Shown: positions 18,732 through 30,072 of the stretch, in pieces | Layout of the letters: the number at the start of each line of letters is the position of its first letter | Numbering within the stretch: the first letter of the stretch is position 1 | Source: Candidatus Poribacteria bacterium | Lineage (GTDB): Bacteria; Poribacteria; WGA-4E; WGA-3G | Reading direction: 5' to 3' | DNA length: 64,000 bases | NCBI GenBank assembly: GCA_965197475.1 | Contig: CBDANF010000003.1 | Coordinates: 736,001-800,000, forward strand | Made by a program: the position numbers and the translations under genes | The notes under the pieces: model-generated | Told to the model about the DNA's origin: nothing | The model's input: only the letters and a program-made list of their open reading frames with translations | Databases searched by the model: none

Positions 18732-19796
18732 ATGTTACATCGCGGTTTAAAAAACGGAGAAACGCTTCCTAACATTGATAAAATACTCATCATCCGCGCT
18801 GATGGTATCGGCGATTTGCTGAACTCAACACCAGCGATAGCGTTGTTGCGGCAGAACTACCCATCAGCAGAGATTACGGTGCTGGCGCGTCCACTCAATG
18901 CACCATTGCTACTCGGAAACCCTGATGTTGATAAGGTACTTGTATTTGATCGACAGGGGGGTCATCGTCATTTATCGGAGCAACTCCAATTCTACCACGC
19001 CCTACGTCGTGAGGGGTTTCATCTCGTTGTCGCGATGCAAACCGCTACGTGGCCACATTTCGTTGCTTTTCTTTCAGGTGCTCCCTATCGCTTAGGTCGC
19101 TATCAGAAACGGTTTAAGTCTACACTCACGCATGTGTGGCACGGCAAGTATCAAAAAGGCGAAACCCATGAAGTTGATAGAAACTTGGAATTAGTGAGGT
19201 TAATCTGCCAAGGTGAAGGCACACGACAACTTGTTTTCAATCTGTTGCCTGATGAAATTGCGAATGCCGAAACACACCTTGCATCTTGGCGTGTGGGTGA
19301 TGGGACTTTTCTAATCGGCATTCATCCTGGAGGAAGTTCTTTTGATAAACGTTGGCCCGAAAAGCAGTATGCGGAGCTTGCTGACAGGCTAGTACATCAT
19401 TACAACGCCACGATTCTCCTCTTATGTGGCCCCGACGAATCTGCGTTAGCGCAGAATATCCAGGAAGCGATGCAGTCAAATGCTATCGTTCACGCGCCAA
19501 AGACAATTCGTGAGTTAGGTGCCCTGCTTTCCCGCTGCGGCTTGGTACTGTGTAATGATTCAGGTCCAATGCACCTTGCGGCAGCAGTAGACGTGCCGAC
19601 GGTAGCGATCTTCGGCCCCACCGATCATGTTGCGTGGCATCCGATGAGTGAGAACGCATCTGTTGTGCGGAGAGATATGCCGTGCTGGCCCTGTAGTGCG
19701 CATAAGTGTAAAATCGGATGGGAATGCACCAAGAAATTGCCTATTGAAACGGTTTGGAATACAACGACTATGACCGTAGAAGCGAGTCGAAAATGA
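18732..19796 (+). CDS. GT9 LPS heptosyltransferase-like protein
   Basis: IRADGIGDLL, HPGG..KRWP, NDSGPMHLAAA, CWPC. Confidence 0.9.
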   Translation: MLHRGLKNGETLPNIDKILIIRADGIGDLLNSTPAIALLRQNYPSAEITVLARPLNAPLLLGNPDVDKVLVFDRQGGHRHLSEQLQFYHALRREGFHLVVAMQTATWPHFVAFLSGAPYRLGRYQKRFKSTLTHVWHGKYQKGETHEVDRNLELVRLICQGEGTRQLVFNLLPDEIANAETHLASWRVGDGTFLIGIHPGGSSFDKRWPEKQYAELADRLVHHYNATILLLCGPDESALAQNIQEAMQSNAIVHAPKTIRELGALLSRCGLVLCNDSGPMHLAAAVDVPTVAIFGPTDHVAWHPMSENASVVRRDMPCWPCSAHKCKIGWECTKKLPIETVWNTTTMTVEASRK

Positions 19797-21037
19797 AAAT
19801 AGCCATAGCAACCTGGGGAACAACAGGAGATGTCTATCCTCTTTTAGCACTCACAGAACGTCTGCTGAAAAAAGATCATCAGGTACGTGTGTGCGCGCCA
19901 TCCATCTATAAAGGCAAGGTTGGCAACATCGGCGCGGACTTCTATGAGGTAGGAGTCGCTTTTGAGTTAGCAGAATTTCATCAAAAGATGGATACCGTCA
20001 TTGCGATGCGCGATCCTATTGCACCACTGTTGCTTATTGCAAAGGAAGGGATTCTGCAAAGTGGTGAAAAGTGGTATACCGATTGCCTTGAAGCAATGAA
20101 AGGATACGATCTGGTTATATGTCATTCCATAGATATCCCTGGACAAGAGGCAGCTATCCGAAACGAGTTGCCATGGCTGACTGTGACGTATTGCCCAGGC
20201 TTCATTAAAATACCTGATAACGCGCCGTATCCGTTTCCGAATTGGGGACGAACATTCAACGCTATCGTGTGGAATTTGGTAAGACTCCGTCTCCGATACG
20301 TTGTTGATCCTCTTTTTAATCAATTTATCACATCTGTCGGTGGAAAACCGAGAGCAACGGTGGCATTAGATGAAATGTATTCGCCACATCTGAACCTCAT
20401 CGCGGCATCCCCTACGCTCTGTCCATCAGCCAATTTTCCTCTGAACCACAAGTTTACAGGTGTGTGGCATCTCGCGCAGCCAAACTACGTGCCGCCACCT
20501 GAACTCACAGATTTTTTAGCAGACGGACCGCCGCCTATCGTCGTTACGTTTGGATCTATGGGTGGAAGCAAAGGTCGTGAAACAACGGAAATTTTAATTG
20601 ATGCCATCAAAATGACAAGACAGCGTGCTATAATTCAAGCAGGATGGGGACTTTTAGGTGCTCAGGATACTGGAGAGAACATTTTTTGCACGGAGTATGT
20701 ACCGCATCGGTGGTTGTTTCCGAAGGCGAGTTGTGTTGTCCATCACGGCGGCGCAGGCACTACAGCATCAGTATGTTATGCCAAAGTTCCGTCAGTCGTT
20801 GTGCCACACATCGCCGATCAACCCTATTGGGGAAAGCGACTCTTTGACTTGGGAGTTGCGCCAAAAAGCCTGCACAGACGTAAACTAACTGCTAAACATC
20901 TTGCCAGACGGATTGAACAGGTTTTAGGAACGCCGACTATGGCTGAACGTGCAAAGACCTTAGGGACACAAATGGAATCTGAAGATGGTTTGACAACTGC
21001 AGTTGACCTGATTGAATCTTTTCATCTATCTGAATAA
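19793..21037 (+). CDS. GT1/GT28 glycosyltransferase (sterol glucosyltransferase-like)
   Basis: TWGTTGDVYP, HHGGAGTT, ADQPYWG; start set at the ATG of an ATGA overlap. Confidence 0.88.
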   Translation: MKIAIATWGTTGDVYPLLALTERLLKKDHQVRVCAPSIYKGKVGNIGADFYEVGVAFELAEFHQKMDTVIAMRDPIAPLLLIAKEGILQSGEKWYTDCLEAMKGYDLVICHSIDIPGQEAAIRNELPWLTVTYCPGFIKIPDNAPYPFPNWGRTFNAIVWNLVRLRLRYVVDPLFNQFITSVGGKPRATVALDEMYSPHLNLIAASPTLCPSANFPLNHKFTGVWHLAQPNYVPPPELTDFLADGPPPIVVTFGSMGGSKGRETTEILIDAIKMTRQRAIIQAGWGLLGAQDTGENIFCTEYVPHRWLFPKASCVVHHGGAGTTASVCYAKVPSVVVPHIADQPYWGKRLFDLGVAPKSLHRRKLTAKHLARRIEQVLGTPTMAERAKTLGTQMESEDGLTTAVDLIESFHLSE

Positions 21038-22023
21038 TGAAAAAAATACTTGTTTTCAGTTTCAGTTTCATCGGTGATGCAGTGCTGTCTACTGCCGTTA
21101 TCCAACCTCTACGCAAACATTTCCCAAATACCCACATTACCTTTCTCGTTGGACCGCTCGCGTTTGATCTCCTTGCCAACGACCCTCAACTTGATGCTAC
21201 CCTCGTTTACGACAACCGTGGTGAACACGCCGGTTTGAAAGGGCGAATGAAACTTATAAAAACGTTACGCCGAGAGAAGTTTGATCTCGTTGTGAATCTT
21301 CGAGATAGTTTCACTGCACGGTGTATAGGCGCGGAACATTGGGGTTTGGTGCGTGGAGATGGGAATCGACACGCTGTTACCCGATACTTGGAAGTCCTTA
21401 GTCATCACGGTCTTGGGACAACAGATGCACATCCTCACTTACAGTTGACTGAAGCAGCGCATGCCACAGCATCCCGTTTTCTTGCCAAGGCAGGACTTAC
21501 GTCTGAACGTTTGTTGATTGGTATTCATCCAGGCGGAAATTGGGAATACAAGTTGTGGCGTGTTGAGAAATATGCGCAACTCGCGACCGCTTTATGTGAA
21601 AGACAGAACGCTTCGATTCTACTTTTTGCGGGACCAAATGAGCGGAAACTCCAATCACAGGTTGCGGATATGATGGATACCTCACCGATCCTTGTTGAAA
21701 CGGATAACCTACGAGAAGTCACGGCGTTGATTGCAGCGTGTGATATCTACATTGGCAACGACACGGGGCCGATGCACATCGCTGCTGCAGTCGGGACGCC
21801 TGTGGTTGCACTTTTCGGTTCAACAAACCACATTCGGAGCGGTCCCTATGGTGACGAGCATACAGTTGTGCAGAGTGGGATTGATTTGGGATGTAATCCG
21901 TGTCACCCTGGTCGGCATCCAGGAGGGTGTGGGGTTGGTAGTTGTGCTGTGATTGATGGAATTACAGTGGAACAGGTGTTATACCAAATTAACTTGATCC
22001 CACTCGGTAGGCGCGCTTTGTAA
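21037..22023 (+). CDS. GT9 heptosyltransferase-like protein; last 13 residues derived from a MITE
   Basis: FIGDAVL, HPGG, NDTGPMHIAAA, CNPC. Confidence 0.88.
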   Translation: MKKILVFSFSFIGDAVLSTAVIQPLRKHFPNTHITFLVGPLAFDLLANDPQLDATLVYDNRGEHAGLKGRMKLIKTLRREKFDLVVNLRDSFTARCIGAEHWGLVRGDGNRHAVTRYLEVLSHHGLGTTDAHPHLQLTEAAHATASRFLAKAGLTSERLLIGIHPGGNWEYKLWRVEKYAQLATALCERQNASILLFAGPNERKLQSQVADMMDTSPILVETDNLREVTALIAACDIYIGNDTGPMHIAAAVGTPVVALFGSTNHIRSGPYGDEHTVVQSGIDLGCNPCHPGRHPGGCGVGSCAVIDGITVEQVLYQINLIPLGRRAL

Positions 22024-22070
22024 GCGCGCTGTCTGCCCAGAAAAACAAGGCTAATCCCGTTAATTTGGTA
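21982..22070. mobile_element. MITE family B carrying a GTAGGCGCGC REP
   Basis: Perfect 12-bp TIR TACCAAATTAAC/GTTAATTTGGTA, TTA duplication. Confidence 0.9.
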
Positions 22071-22128
22071 TTAGAGGTAGTAGATTGTTTTTTAGAAGGT
22101 GCGGTTGTTCCTTAGGTTACATGGCATA

Positions 22129-24354
22129 TTATGATTTCTTCCATTGCAACCGCAGACTATTCAGCACAACAGACACACTACTAAACGCCATCGCAAACGC
22201 AGCAAGCATCGGATGCAACTCGCGTAACATCAATGGCAAAAACGCAAGCGGGAATAGCACGCCTGCAGCAACAGGAATTAATAGCACATTGTAAAAAAAT
22301 GCCCAAAACAGATTCTGTTTGATGGTGCGGAGTGTGGCACGGCTTAGTCGAATAGCATCGGGAATAGTACGTAAGTCACCGCGCATCAACGTCAAATCAG
22401 CTGTTTCCATAGCAATATCAGTTCCCGTGCCGAGTGCCATCCCAACATCTGCTTGTGCTAACGCAGGCGCATCGTTGATACCATCCCCTACCATAGCTAC
22501 AAATCCATTCGTCTCTTCTTGCGCTTTTTTAACAGCAGCCGCTTTATCTTCAGGCAGAAGTTCCGCCATAACATCGGTAATTCCAACATTTTTTGCGATA
22601 GCCGTGGCGGTGCTATGGTTGTCACCGGTCATCATTGTCACTTCGCATCCGAGTTGTCGGAGTTCTGTCACGGTATCTTTCGCTTCCGACTTTACCGTAT
22701 CCGCAACAGCAAGGATCCCCCTTACCTCTAAATCAATTGCTACCCACAACACCGTTTTAGCATCTGCTTGTAACTGTTCCGCTTCTGCTTCAAACGCCTG
22801 AGTCGGAATTTGATGTTGTTCCATTAAGGACAGATTTCCTATTATTACTTTATTTTCGTTGAGTTTTGCAATGATGCCGTTGCCGGCAACAGCAGTGAAT
22901 TTCGTAGGAACGATAGTGTCAATTACGCGTTCAGAAGCAGCAGAAACGATCGCTTTTCCGATAGGATGTTCACTGCCACGTTCTGCAGAAGCAGCTATCT
23001 GAAGTAATCGATTCTCGTCTCCATCGTCCGCAATAATGTCTGTAAGCGTAAGTTGTCCTTGCGTTAAGGTGCCAGTTTTATCAAGTACAATTCGCGATAA
23101 TGCACCTACATGTTCTAACGCTTCACTATTCCGAAAAAGGATGCCGCGATGCGCCCCTATTCCTATGCTGACCATAATCGCAGTCGGTGTGGCAAGCCCT
23201 AACGCACATGGACACGCAATGACCAATACCGCCACTAACCTAAGCATCGCAGATGTGAATCCATCTCCAACGACAAACCACCACAATAGGAACGTCACAA
23301 CGGCAATACATAAGACAACAGGCACAAACACACTTGCGACCGCATCCGCAGTGCGTTGAATAGGTGCTTTACTCTGTTGTGTTGCTTGGACTAATTGAAC
23401 AAGTCTTGCAAGGGAGGTTTCTGAACCAACACGTGTTGCCGCAATCGTGAGCATACCACTCTGATTAATTGTAGCACTGGCAACAGTGTCGCCTGCAGTT
23501 TTATCTATAGGCATGCTTTCACCAGTGAATAGACTTTCGTCAATAGCACTTGAACCTTCGCGTACGATGCCATCAACAGGCATGCTTTCGCCAGGACGAA
23601 CAATGAGTAGGTCACCGACGGCAACTTGTTCAATCGGAATGTGCTGTTCTTCACCATCTTTGAGGAGACACGCTGTTTTCGGAGAAAGGCGCATCAGTTT
23701 TTTGAGAGCAGCACTCGTCTGCCCTTTCGCGCGCGCCTCCAGAAGTTTGCCAAGTTTAATAAGTGTAATGATAACAGCAGCAGTCTCAAAATAGACGTGG
23801 TTTCCAAACTCTTGTAGATTTAATGTAGGAGCAATCATCACAACGACACTATAGAGAAATGCCACAGATGACCCCATCGCAACGAGCACATCCATATTTG
23901 CAGAACGATTACGCAATGCCTTAACACTACCGACATAATAATCCCAACCGACATAGAACTGCACCGGAAATGCCAAACCGAACATAATCCAATTAACCCA
24001 AGAGACATTTGCCCACCCACCTATCAACCCCATATCTCTACCCATGCTGAGCAGAAATAGAGGAAGTGTGAAAAGGATACCTACACTGAATTGGAACTTT
24101 TGTCGTCTGAACTCTTCAGCACGTGCGGATGCTTCAGAATCAGCATCAACAACGTCAAACCCGAGGGAACGGATCTTGTCAACGATTACTGCCTCACTAA
24201 GAGCAGACGGATTAAAGGTGATCGCCGCCTGCTCCGTTGCGATGCTAACATTTGCTGCAAAGATACCCGCCATCTCCTCAAGATTTCGGCTGATAGTGGC
24301 AGCGCAGTTTTCACAATGCATGCCGGTTATGGGAAGGTTAATCTGCTGTTGCAT
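22129..24354 (-). CDS. copA: Copper-translocating P1B-type ATPase
   Basis: [32 protein letters not shown] and MAFSS. Confidence 0.95.
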   Translation of the reverse strand: MQQQINLPITGMHCENCAATISRNLEEMAGIFAANVSIATEQAAITFNPSALSEAVIVDKIRSLGFDVVDADSEASARAEEFRRQKFQFSVGILFTLPLFLLSMGRDMGLIGGWANVSWVNWIMFGLAFPVQFYVGWDYYVGSVKALRNRSANMDVLVAMGSSVAFLYSVVVMIAPTLNLQEFGNHVYFETAAVIITLIKLGKLLEARAKGQTSAALKKLMRLSPKTACLLKDGEEQHIPIEQVAVGDLLIVRPGESMPVDGIVREGSSAIDESLFTGESMPIDKTAGDTVASATINQSGMLTIAATRVGSETSLARLVQLVQATQQSKAPIQRTADAVASVFVPVVLCIAVVTFLLWWFVVGDGFTSAMLRLVAVLVIACPCALGLATPTAIMVSIGIGAHRGILFRNSEALEHVGALSRIVLDKTGTLTQGQLTLTDIIADDGDENRLLQIAASAERGSEHPIGKAIVSAASERVIDTIVPTKFTAVAGNGIIAKLNENKVIIGNLSLMEQHQIPTQAFEAEAEQLQADAKTVLWVAIDLEVRGILAVADTVKSEAKDTVTELRQLGCEVTMMTGDNHSTATAIAKNVGITDVMAELLPEDKAAAVKKAQEETNGFVAMVGDGINDAPALAQADVGMALGTGTDIAMETADLTLMRGDLRTIPDAIRLSRATLRTIKQNLFWAFFYNVLLIPVAAGVLFPLAFLPLMLRELHPMLAAFAMAFSSVSVVLNSLRLQWKKS

Positions 24355-24378
24355 TTGTATTCCGACAAAGGTTGGTAT

Positions 24379-25347
24379 TTACGTCAGATGAACAGGATCA
24401 CCAGTTGCCAAAGATTGGTTCGCAGCGATAGACAATATCGCGGTTTTAGCGGCATCAGGATACGGGGAACGGATTGCACTACCATCCCCTGTACGGACAG
24501 CCTCAATAAAGGTACTATCCATGTCGATTGTACAGTTATTTTCGGGTTTCCATGTTTCTGTCCCGTCAGTAGTAGATAAGACAAGGGCTCGGCGCAGGTG
24601 GTATTCCAGCGATCCGTCTTCACAGAAGATGTCTAACCCGGAACGCCGTAGTCCATTTGTCGTGAAGCACGCAGAGAACATAATGCCAAACACGCCGCTC
24701 TCAAATTGCAATGAAACAGCAGATGCTTCTTCAATATCGTAATCGGTATCAGGAATGAGGTCATATCTTGCAACAGCATAGACGGTTTTGACTTCGCCAA
24801 AAAGATAGCGCGCCATATCAAATTCGTGTGTCGTCTGCTCCATGAGTTGACCACCAGATTTTGCTTTCTCGCGCCACCATCCACCGGGCATGCCACCCAT
24901 CCAGTAGCCCATAAAAAAGCCGACACGTCGTGAAGCGAGTAGTTCCTGCGCCTTGTCAATAATATCAAGGTAACGTTCCTGATATCCGCAGGCAGTAATG
25001 ATGCCTTTGTCCTCAATTTGGGCAGCAATCTCCTTTGCTTCGTCTGTATCCATGTGGACAGGTTTTTCGACAAACATTGGGAGTCCAGCAGCAACAACAG
25101 CCTTCTCAGGTGCACCGTGTGCGAATGGTGGAATTGAGATATAAACTGCATCCAATTCCTCATTTGCGAGCATCTCATTGTAATCCGCATAAGCTTTGCC
25201 ACCGTACTGTTCAACGGCACGTTCCGCTTTTTCGATTACAATATCACAAAAAGCAACGAATTTGTTGCCACCGATTTGGGTTAATTCACGCAAGTGACGA
25301 TTCATGTTGCCACCTGTGCCGATGAAACCTAATCTTACGTCTGACAT
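24379..25347 (-). CDS. Gfo/Idh/MocA oxidoreductase
   Basis: GFIGTGG, FVEKP, SGGQLMEQTTHEFD. Confidence 0.92.
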   Translation of the reverse strand: MSDVRLGFIGTGGNMNRHLRELTQIGGNKFVAFCDIVIEKAERAVEQYGGKAYADYNEMLANEELDAVYISIPPFAHGAPEKAVVAAGLPMFVEKPVHMDTDEAKEIAAQIEDKGIITACGYQERYLDIIDKAQELLASRRVGFFMGYWMGGMPGGWWREKAKSGGQLMEQTTHEFDMARYLFGEVKTVYAVARYDLIPDTDYDIEEASAVSLQFESGVFGIMFSACFTTNGLRRSGLDIFCEDGSLEYHLRRALVLSTTDGTETWKPENNCTIDMDSTFIEAVRTGDGSAIRSPYPDAAKTAILSIAANQSLATGDPVHLT

Positions 25348-25381
25348 AGATTCTCCTATATGAAATATGTGAACACCTCTG

Positions 25382-25404
25382 GTAGGCGCGCTTTCTAAGC
25401 GCGC
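25382..25404 (+). repeat. Free-standing REP hairpin GTAGGCGCGCTTTCTAAGCGCGC
   Basis: Same unit at 14475, 22007, 38600 (reverse) and 47542; variant at 59819. Confidence 0.8.
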
Positions 25405-25532
25405 CGAACTATGTATGATTACTTACATTTGTGTCTTATCTTTCTTGTGGGAGGGGTTTTCAACCCCGATTGTAAGCGTGCTATCAACTGAAGTACGAGG
25501 ACCTTGTCCTACAAGTCCGCGTTAATTTAATA

Positions 25533-26480
25533 TTACCATTCAAATACAGTGCCAAGCAATCGCATTGGCTCATCACGAAGCCAGCGGTATATCTGCGATG
25601 CTTCATTGACGCTTACTCGGTGTCGAATAAGTGGTGCAATTTTAATTGATCCCTGACGCAGAAAACGGCATAGGTTTTCCAGATCGTCACGGGTGAAATG
25701 GCTACAATGCAAAATGTTGATTTCCTTGAATTGCCCAATGTTGAAGGTATAGTTTACATCAAAACGTCCAGCGACCAAAAGCAAACGACCACGAGTTTTG
25801 CAGGCGCGGATCATTGGCGTGACCATATCTGGCGCACCAGCAAAATCCATCACAACATCAAAACTACCTTCACCAATATACTTGTTCCATCCATCACCGC
25901 TCGTATTGAAAACCTGTTCGGCTATACCGAGTTGGCGCGTTTCTTCTAATCGGGATTCATCAATGTCACATACGGAAACGCGTGCTCCCATCGCGTAGGC
26001 AATCTGTGCAGCAAACATGCCGATACATCCTTGCCCGACGATAAGTACTTTTTCGCCGATACGAGGATCAACTCTACGGCAACAGTGCATCGCTACACCC
26101 GATATACCGAAAAGCGCAGCTTCAGCAGGATCAACGTCATCTGGCAATTTTAGCAATAACCCGTTTTCCTGAATAGTGAACCGTTCGACATGATCTACGC
26201 TGGCATAAATAAGGTCACCGATCTGAAGTTGTGTTACGTCAGGTCCTGTTTCAATGACCCGTCCGACGTTCTGGTAGCCGCCACCACTCGGTAAATTTTC
26301 ATCAGATGGAGCATAGTTTCCACCGATAAGCTGGTTACGTTCAGTGCCGTTTGTGAGACCTGTGAAAACTGACTCACACAACACCTCATTCCGCATAGGT
26401 GAGGCAGGTTCTTTCCAATCGGTGACGACGGTCTTTTCGCGCCGTTTATCGGACAATAGTTTGATAACAATTGCTTTCAC
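25533..26480 (-). CDS. MDR-family (zinc-binding ADH-like) oxidoreductase
   Basis: GYQNVGRV, IVGQGCIG Rossmann motif. Confidence 0.85.
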   Translation of the reverse strand: MKAIVIKLLSDKRREKTVVTDWKEPASPMRNEVLCESVFTGLTNGTERNQLIGGNYAPSDENLPSGGGYQNVGRVIETGPDVTQLQIGDLIYASVDHVERFTIQENGLLLKLPDDVDPAEAALFGISGVAMHCCRRVDPRIGEKVLIVGQGCIGMFAAQIAYAMGARVSVCDIDESRLEETRQLGIAEQVFNTSGDGWNKYIGEGSFDVVMDFAGAPDMVTPMIRACKTRGRLLLVAGRFDVNYTFNIGQFKEINILHCSHFTRDDLENLCRFLRQGSIKIAPLIRHRVSVNEASQIYRWLRDEPMRLLGTVFEW

Positions 26481-26610
26481 AATATTAATGACTCCTACAG
26501 AGATATGTTAAGTAGAGAAAAAAGATGCGTGCTTTACCTTATTAACTTAACCTATTCCTGCTAAATTGTCAAGCAGTTTGGAAATGCTAAACAATAATCC
26601 CAAAATTCTG

Positions 26611-26640
26611 TTGACAGATTGTAAGATTTTGCTATAAGAT
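26611..26640 (+). promoter_or_regulatory. Probable promoter of the aldolase genes
   Basis: TTGACA then TATAAG (N16) or TAAGAT (N18). Confidence 0.5.
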
Positions 26641-26717
26641 TAAGTTCATAAAGCAACTATAGATACGTGCCCCGCTATTCAAAATCTGTTTTATGGGGCT
26701 TTTGAAGGAGCATCACG

Positions 26718-27596
26718 ATGCCCAATCGGGTTAATAAAGCGATTGAATTGTTAGCAGCAGATCAACCGGTTTTCTACACAGGAAGCCACACAGGTGCGGA
26801 TTTAAACTATGATGCGGGTTTCGCAATGGCAAAAACGTGGGCAGATTATATCAATGTCGGCATGGAGCACGGTTGTTTTGATATGTCCGGGTTAGATAGT
26901 TTTATGCGGGGACTTGCAGATGGAGGTCCCACCAATAGTGGACACAAAACACCTGCAGTGATTGTTGAGTTGCCAGTAGACGGAGTGAGTGCGGATGTGA
27001 TCCGCGCCAACGGTTGGCAAATGCGACAACTATTGGCGCGCGGGGTGCATGGTCTGCTGCTCTGCCACGCAGAGTCACCGATGGCAGTTAAAGCATTTGT
27101 AGAGGCGTGCCGTTATCCTTTTCAGGCAATTGGGGTAGGAACGCAATTGGATGTCGGTAGACGCGGTTCCGCCGGGCAGAGTTCCGCCTCACCTATCTGG
27201 GGTGTTTCTGTTGACCAATACCTTGATACCGCTGATCCGTGGCCCTTGAACCCGAACGGCGAATTGCTCCTTGGTCTGAAGTTTGAAAATAAGCGAGCGT
27301 TAGCCAACGTTGAAGTGACCGCACGGGTGCCAGGAATCGCTTTTGCAGAATGGGGTCCAGGTGATATGAGCATGTCGTTCGGTTATAAACATCTACCAAA
27401 CCCGCGTCCACAGGAATTACAGGATGCAAGGGATCGCGTGTTTGCGGCATGCAAATCGGTAGGTCTTAGGTTTTTGGAAAGCATATCGCCAGGGACGATT
27501 GAGGCAAGTATTGATGCTGGTGTGAGAATCTGTGGTTCAGGTGAAGAAACGGCGCGTGTTGGACGTGCTTATGCAGGCAGGACAATGCCTGTCTAA
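26718..27596 (+). CDS. HpcH/HpaI aldolase/citrate lyase family protein
   Basis: GMEHG, EACRYP, LKFEN, WGPGDMSMSFG. Confidence 0.85.
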   Translation: MPNRVNKAIELLAADQPVFYTGSHTGADLNYDAGFAMAKTWADYINVGMEHGCFDMSGLDSFMRGLADGGPTNSGHKTPAVIVELPVDGVSADVIRANGWQMRQLLARGVHGLLLCHAESPMAVKAFVEACRYPFQAIGVGTQLDVGRRGSAGQSSASPIWGVSVDQYLDTADPWPLNPNGELLLGLKFENKRALANVEVTARVPGIAFAEWGPGDMSMSFGYKHLPNPRPQELQDARDRVFAACKSVGLRFLESISPGTIEASIDAGVRICGSGEETARVGRAYAGRTMPV

Positions 27597-27635
27597 TTGA
27601 ACTTGGAAAGACCCGTCCAAAAAATGAGGTAAACT

Positions 27636-28370
27636 ATGGCATTAACAGAACAGGAAATGTTAGCAGAATTGCGTAAATTTGACACACCATCAATAACAAA
27701 CGTGGTTGCAACTTATCCGGGAAATCCGCTTTGTCTCGGACTTTACAACCCGTGGACGGAAAATTGGTACACGGACACCACTATCCGTTGCATGTATCCA
27801 GAGTTAGGAGCAGTTGCGGGGTATGCGGTGACATGTGTCTACGGTTTGCCGGACCCTGGTTTTTCTCAGCTTTCTTTCATGGACGTCATTGATGCGTTGG
27901 ACGCATCCAAAAAACCGGCAATTCTGGCATTGCAGCAAAAGTTCCCACCGGAATTAGCAAATAAAGTTGGTTTAGCAGGCGGAAATATGACGGCGGCAAT
28001 GAAATCTGTGGGTTGTTTAGGAGCGGTTTCAAACGGACCTTCGCGCGATATTGATGAAATCCGTCCAATGGAATTTCAATATCTATTGAGTGGGATTTCA
28101 CCCGGTCATGGTGGAATGGCGGTGCAGGCAGTTAATGTCCCTGTCTCTATAGCAGGGATGGATGTGTCACCGGGCGAGATTATCCACATGGATGAGAACG
28201 GAGCATGTAAGTTTCCAGGGGATAAGTTGGAAGCGGTGTTGACAAATGTTAAGGCTTTGCTGAAAGAGGAAGGCGACCGAATTGGGCAATTGTTGTCAGG
28301 CCCAAAAACGGCGAAACAGGTTCGGGCAATTTTCAGTGGGCATTCTTATGCTGAAGACGAGGATGAATAG
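27636..28370 (+). CDS. RraA / HMG aldolase family protein
   Basis: DTPSITN, GYAVT, NGPSRDIDEI, PGEIIHMDENG. Confidence 0.85.
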   Translation: MALTEQEMLAELRKFDTPSITNVVATYPGNPLCLGLYNPWTENWYTDTTIRCMYPELGAVAGYAVTCVYGLPDPGFSQLSFMDVIDALDASKKPAILALQQKFPPELANKVGLAGGNMTAAMKSVGCLGAVSNGPSRDIDEIRPMEFQYLLSGISPGHGGMAVQAVNVPVSIAGMDVSPGEIIHMDENGACKFPGDKLEAVLTNVKALLKEEGDRIGQLLSGPKTAKQVRAIFSGHSYAEDEDE

Positions 28371-28445
28371 AACACGGCAGAGCAGATATTGTCTGCCGCC
28401 CGAAAACGCGACACTGAGTCGTGATTTCATAAGCAAGGTGAAAAA

Positions 28446-30062
28446 GTGAGAAGTTTTGGAACCCGAGGACGGGTATATCCTAACAAGCACTATATTGTGT
28501 CGCGCACCGAAGAGATAGCGGATTTCATCAATCGCATCAAAGAAGGACGGTACATCGTCCTCTTCGCGCCGCGCCAAACAGGCAAAACTACCTTTTTCCG
28601 ATTCGCTGTTGAGACACTCACAACTGAAGAGCGAAACTATTTCCCAATTCAACTGAATTTTGAGGAGTATGAGGACTACTCCAGTACTGATTTTTATGCC
28701 TCCTTCTACAGAGAAATACGCAAAGAAATTGAGAGAGTTTTTCAAAGACGCGGAGATATTCCTTCAGACGCTTTAACAGAATTCCTTACGGACGCGAAAA
28801 TAATTGATCATATTTCAATGCGAGAGTTTTTTCAACATTTGACAAATTTTCTGGATTCTCAATATGGAATTGAGCAGAAGGTTGTCCTCATCATTGATGA
28901 GTTCGATGCTATCCCTACAGATGCTGTGAAGGGATTTCTTCATTCGCTCCGCTACATCTATTTATCCGATGAGGAACAATGCCCGCACAGTATTAGCATC
29001 GTTGGGGTCAAAAGCATCACGCAACTCAACTATGATCGTTCCATCTCACCTTTCAATATCCAAGATGAGTTCAACTTGTCAAACTTCACTTTGGAACAGT
29101 TGCACGAACTGCTTTCGCAATATACAGATGAAGTTGGCCAAGCCTTCACAACAGAAGTGATTGAAACCCTCCACAAACAGACTGCCGGGCAACCGTTCCT
29201 TGTCAACCGATTTGCGCAGATTCTCACAGAGGAATTAGATATTCCTAAAACAGAAACAATACGGATGGAACACTTTTTAACTGCGCACGCACAGATGCTT
29301 CAAGAACAGAATACCAACATCCAGCACCTTCTAACTAATATTCGTAGGGACCGACGGTTTGAAAAACTTCTCATGAAAATTACCTCTTATGAAAGAGGAG
29401 TACCATTCATTCTTGATAATGAACTCATCAATGAACTTGCTATGTATGGTGTGATTAAGAAAAGCCATGACAGGATGTGTGAAATTGTCAATCCGATCTA
29501 TCAACACCGTATCATGCAAGCATTTAAACCGATAGTAAACGGGTTGGAGGAGACGTATTTTCCTGAAGACTCGGATACAGATTTTATTGATTACATTTCA
29601 TCTTCCGGTGCAATTGAACTGGAAGCACTACTTGACAATTTCAAGGATTTCATTGCACGCGCAGGATTTCGTATATTGCAAGTACCAGAGACACCTAAAG
29701 AATACGTTGGACAAAACTTACTGTACGCCTATCTCGATCAATTTATCCGCATCGTCAACGCCGATATGTTTCTTGAAGTGCAAACTGGACGTGGGAGAAT
29801 CGACCTTCTCATTATCCACAACGGACAAAAATACATTGTTGAAACTAAGATATGGGAAGGAGAAAGGTATTATCAAGCAGGTAAAAAGCAGCTCGTAGCG
29901 TATCTCAAATCTGAAAAAGCTGACGAGGGATACTATGTCGTGTTTGATCACCGCACGAATCCAGAATCGCGCGTTGAAACAGAGACATTAGAGGGAATGA
30001 CAATTCGGAGTTATATAATTCCTGTGATGCAAGAAAAACCTTCATCGGTTTCTCATTTTTAG
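28446..30062 (+). CDS. AAA-like ATPase with C-terminal PD-(D/E)xK nuclease-like domain
   Basis: APRQTGKT, IIDEFD, SPFNI, GQPFLV; EVQTGRGRIDL..IVETK. Confidence 0.85.
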   Translation: MRSFGTRGRVYPNKHYIVSRTEEIADFINRIKEGRYIVLFAPRQTGKTTFFRFAVETLTTEERNYFPIQLNFEEYEDYSSTDFYASFYREIRKEIERVFQRRGDIPSDALTEFLTDAKIIDHISMREFFQHLTNFLDSQYGIEQKVVLIIDEFDAIPTDAVKGFLHSLRYIYLSDEEQCPHSISIVGVKSITQLNYDRSISPFNIQDEFNLSNFTLEQLHELLSQYTDEVGQAFTTEVIETLHKQTAGQPFLVNRFAQILTEELDIPKTETIRMEHFLTAHAQMLQEQNTNIQHLLTNIRRDRRFEKLLMKITSYERGVPFILDNELINELAMYGVIKKSHDRMCEIVNPIYQHRIMQAFKPIVNGLEETYFPEDSDTDFIDYISSSGAIELEALLDNFKDFIARAGFRILQVPETPKEYVGQNLLYAYLDQFIRIVNADMFLEVQTGRGRIDLLIIHNGQKYIVETKIWEGERYYQAGKKQLVAYLKSEKADEGYYVVFDHRTNPESRVETETLEGMTIRSYIIPVMQEKPSSVSHF

Positions 30063-30072
30063 GGACAGTTCG

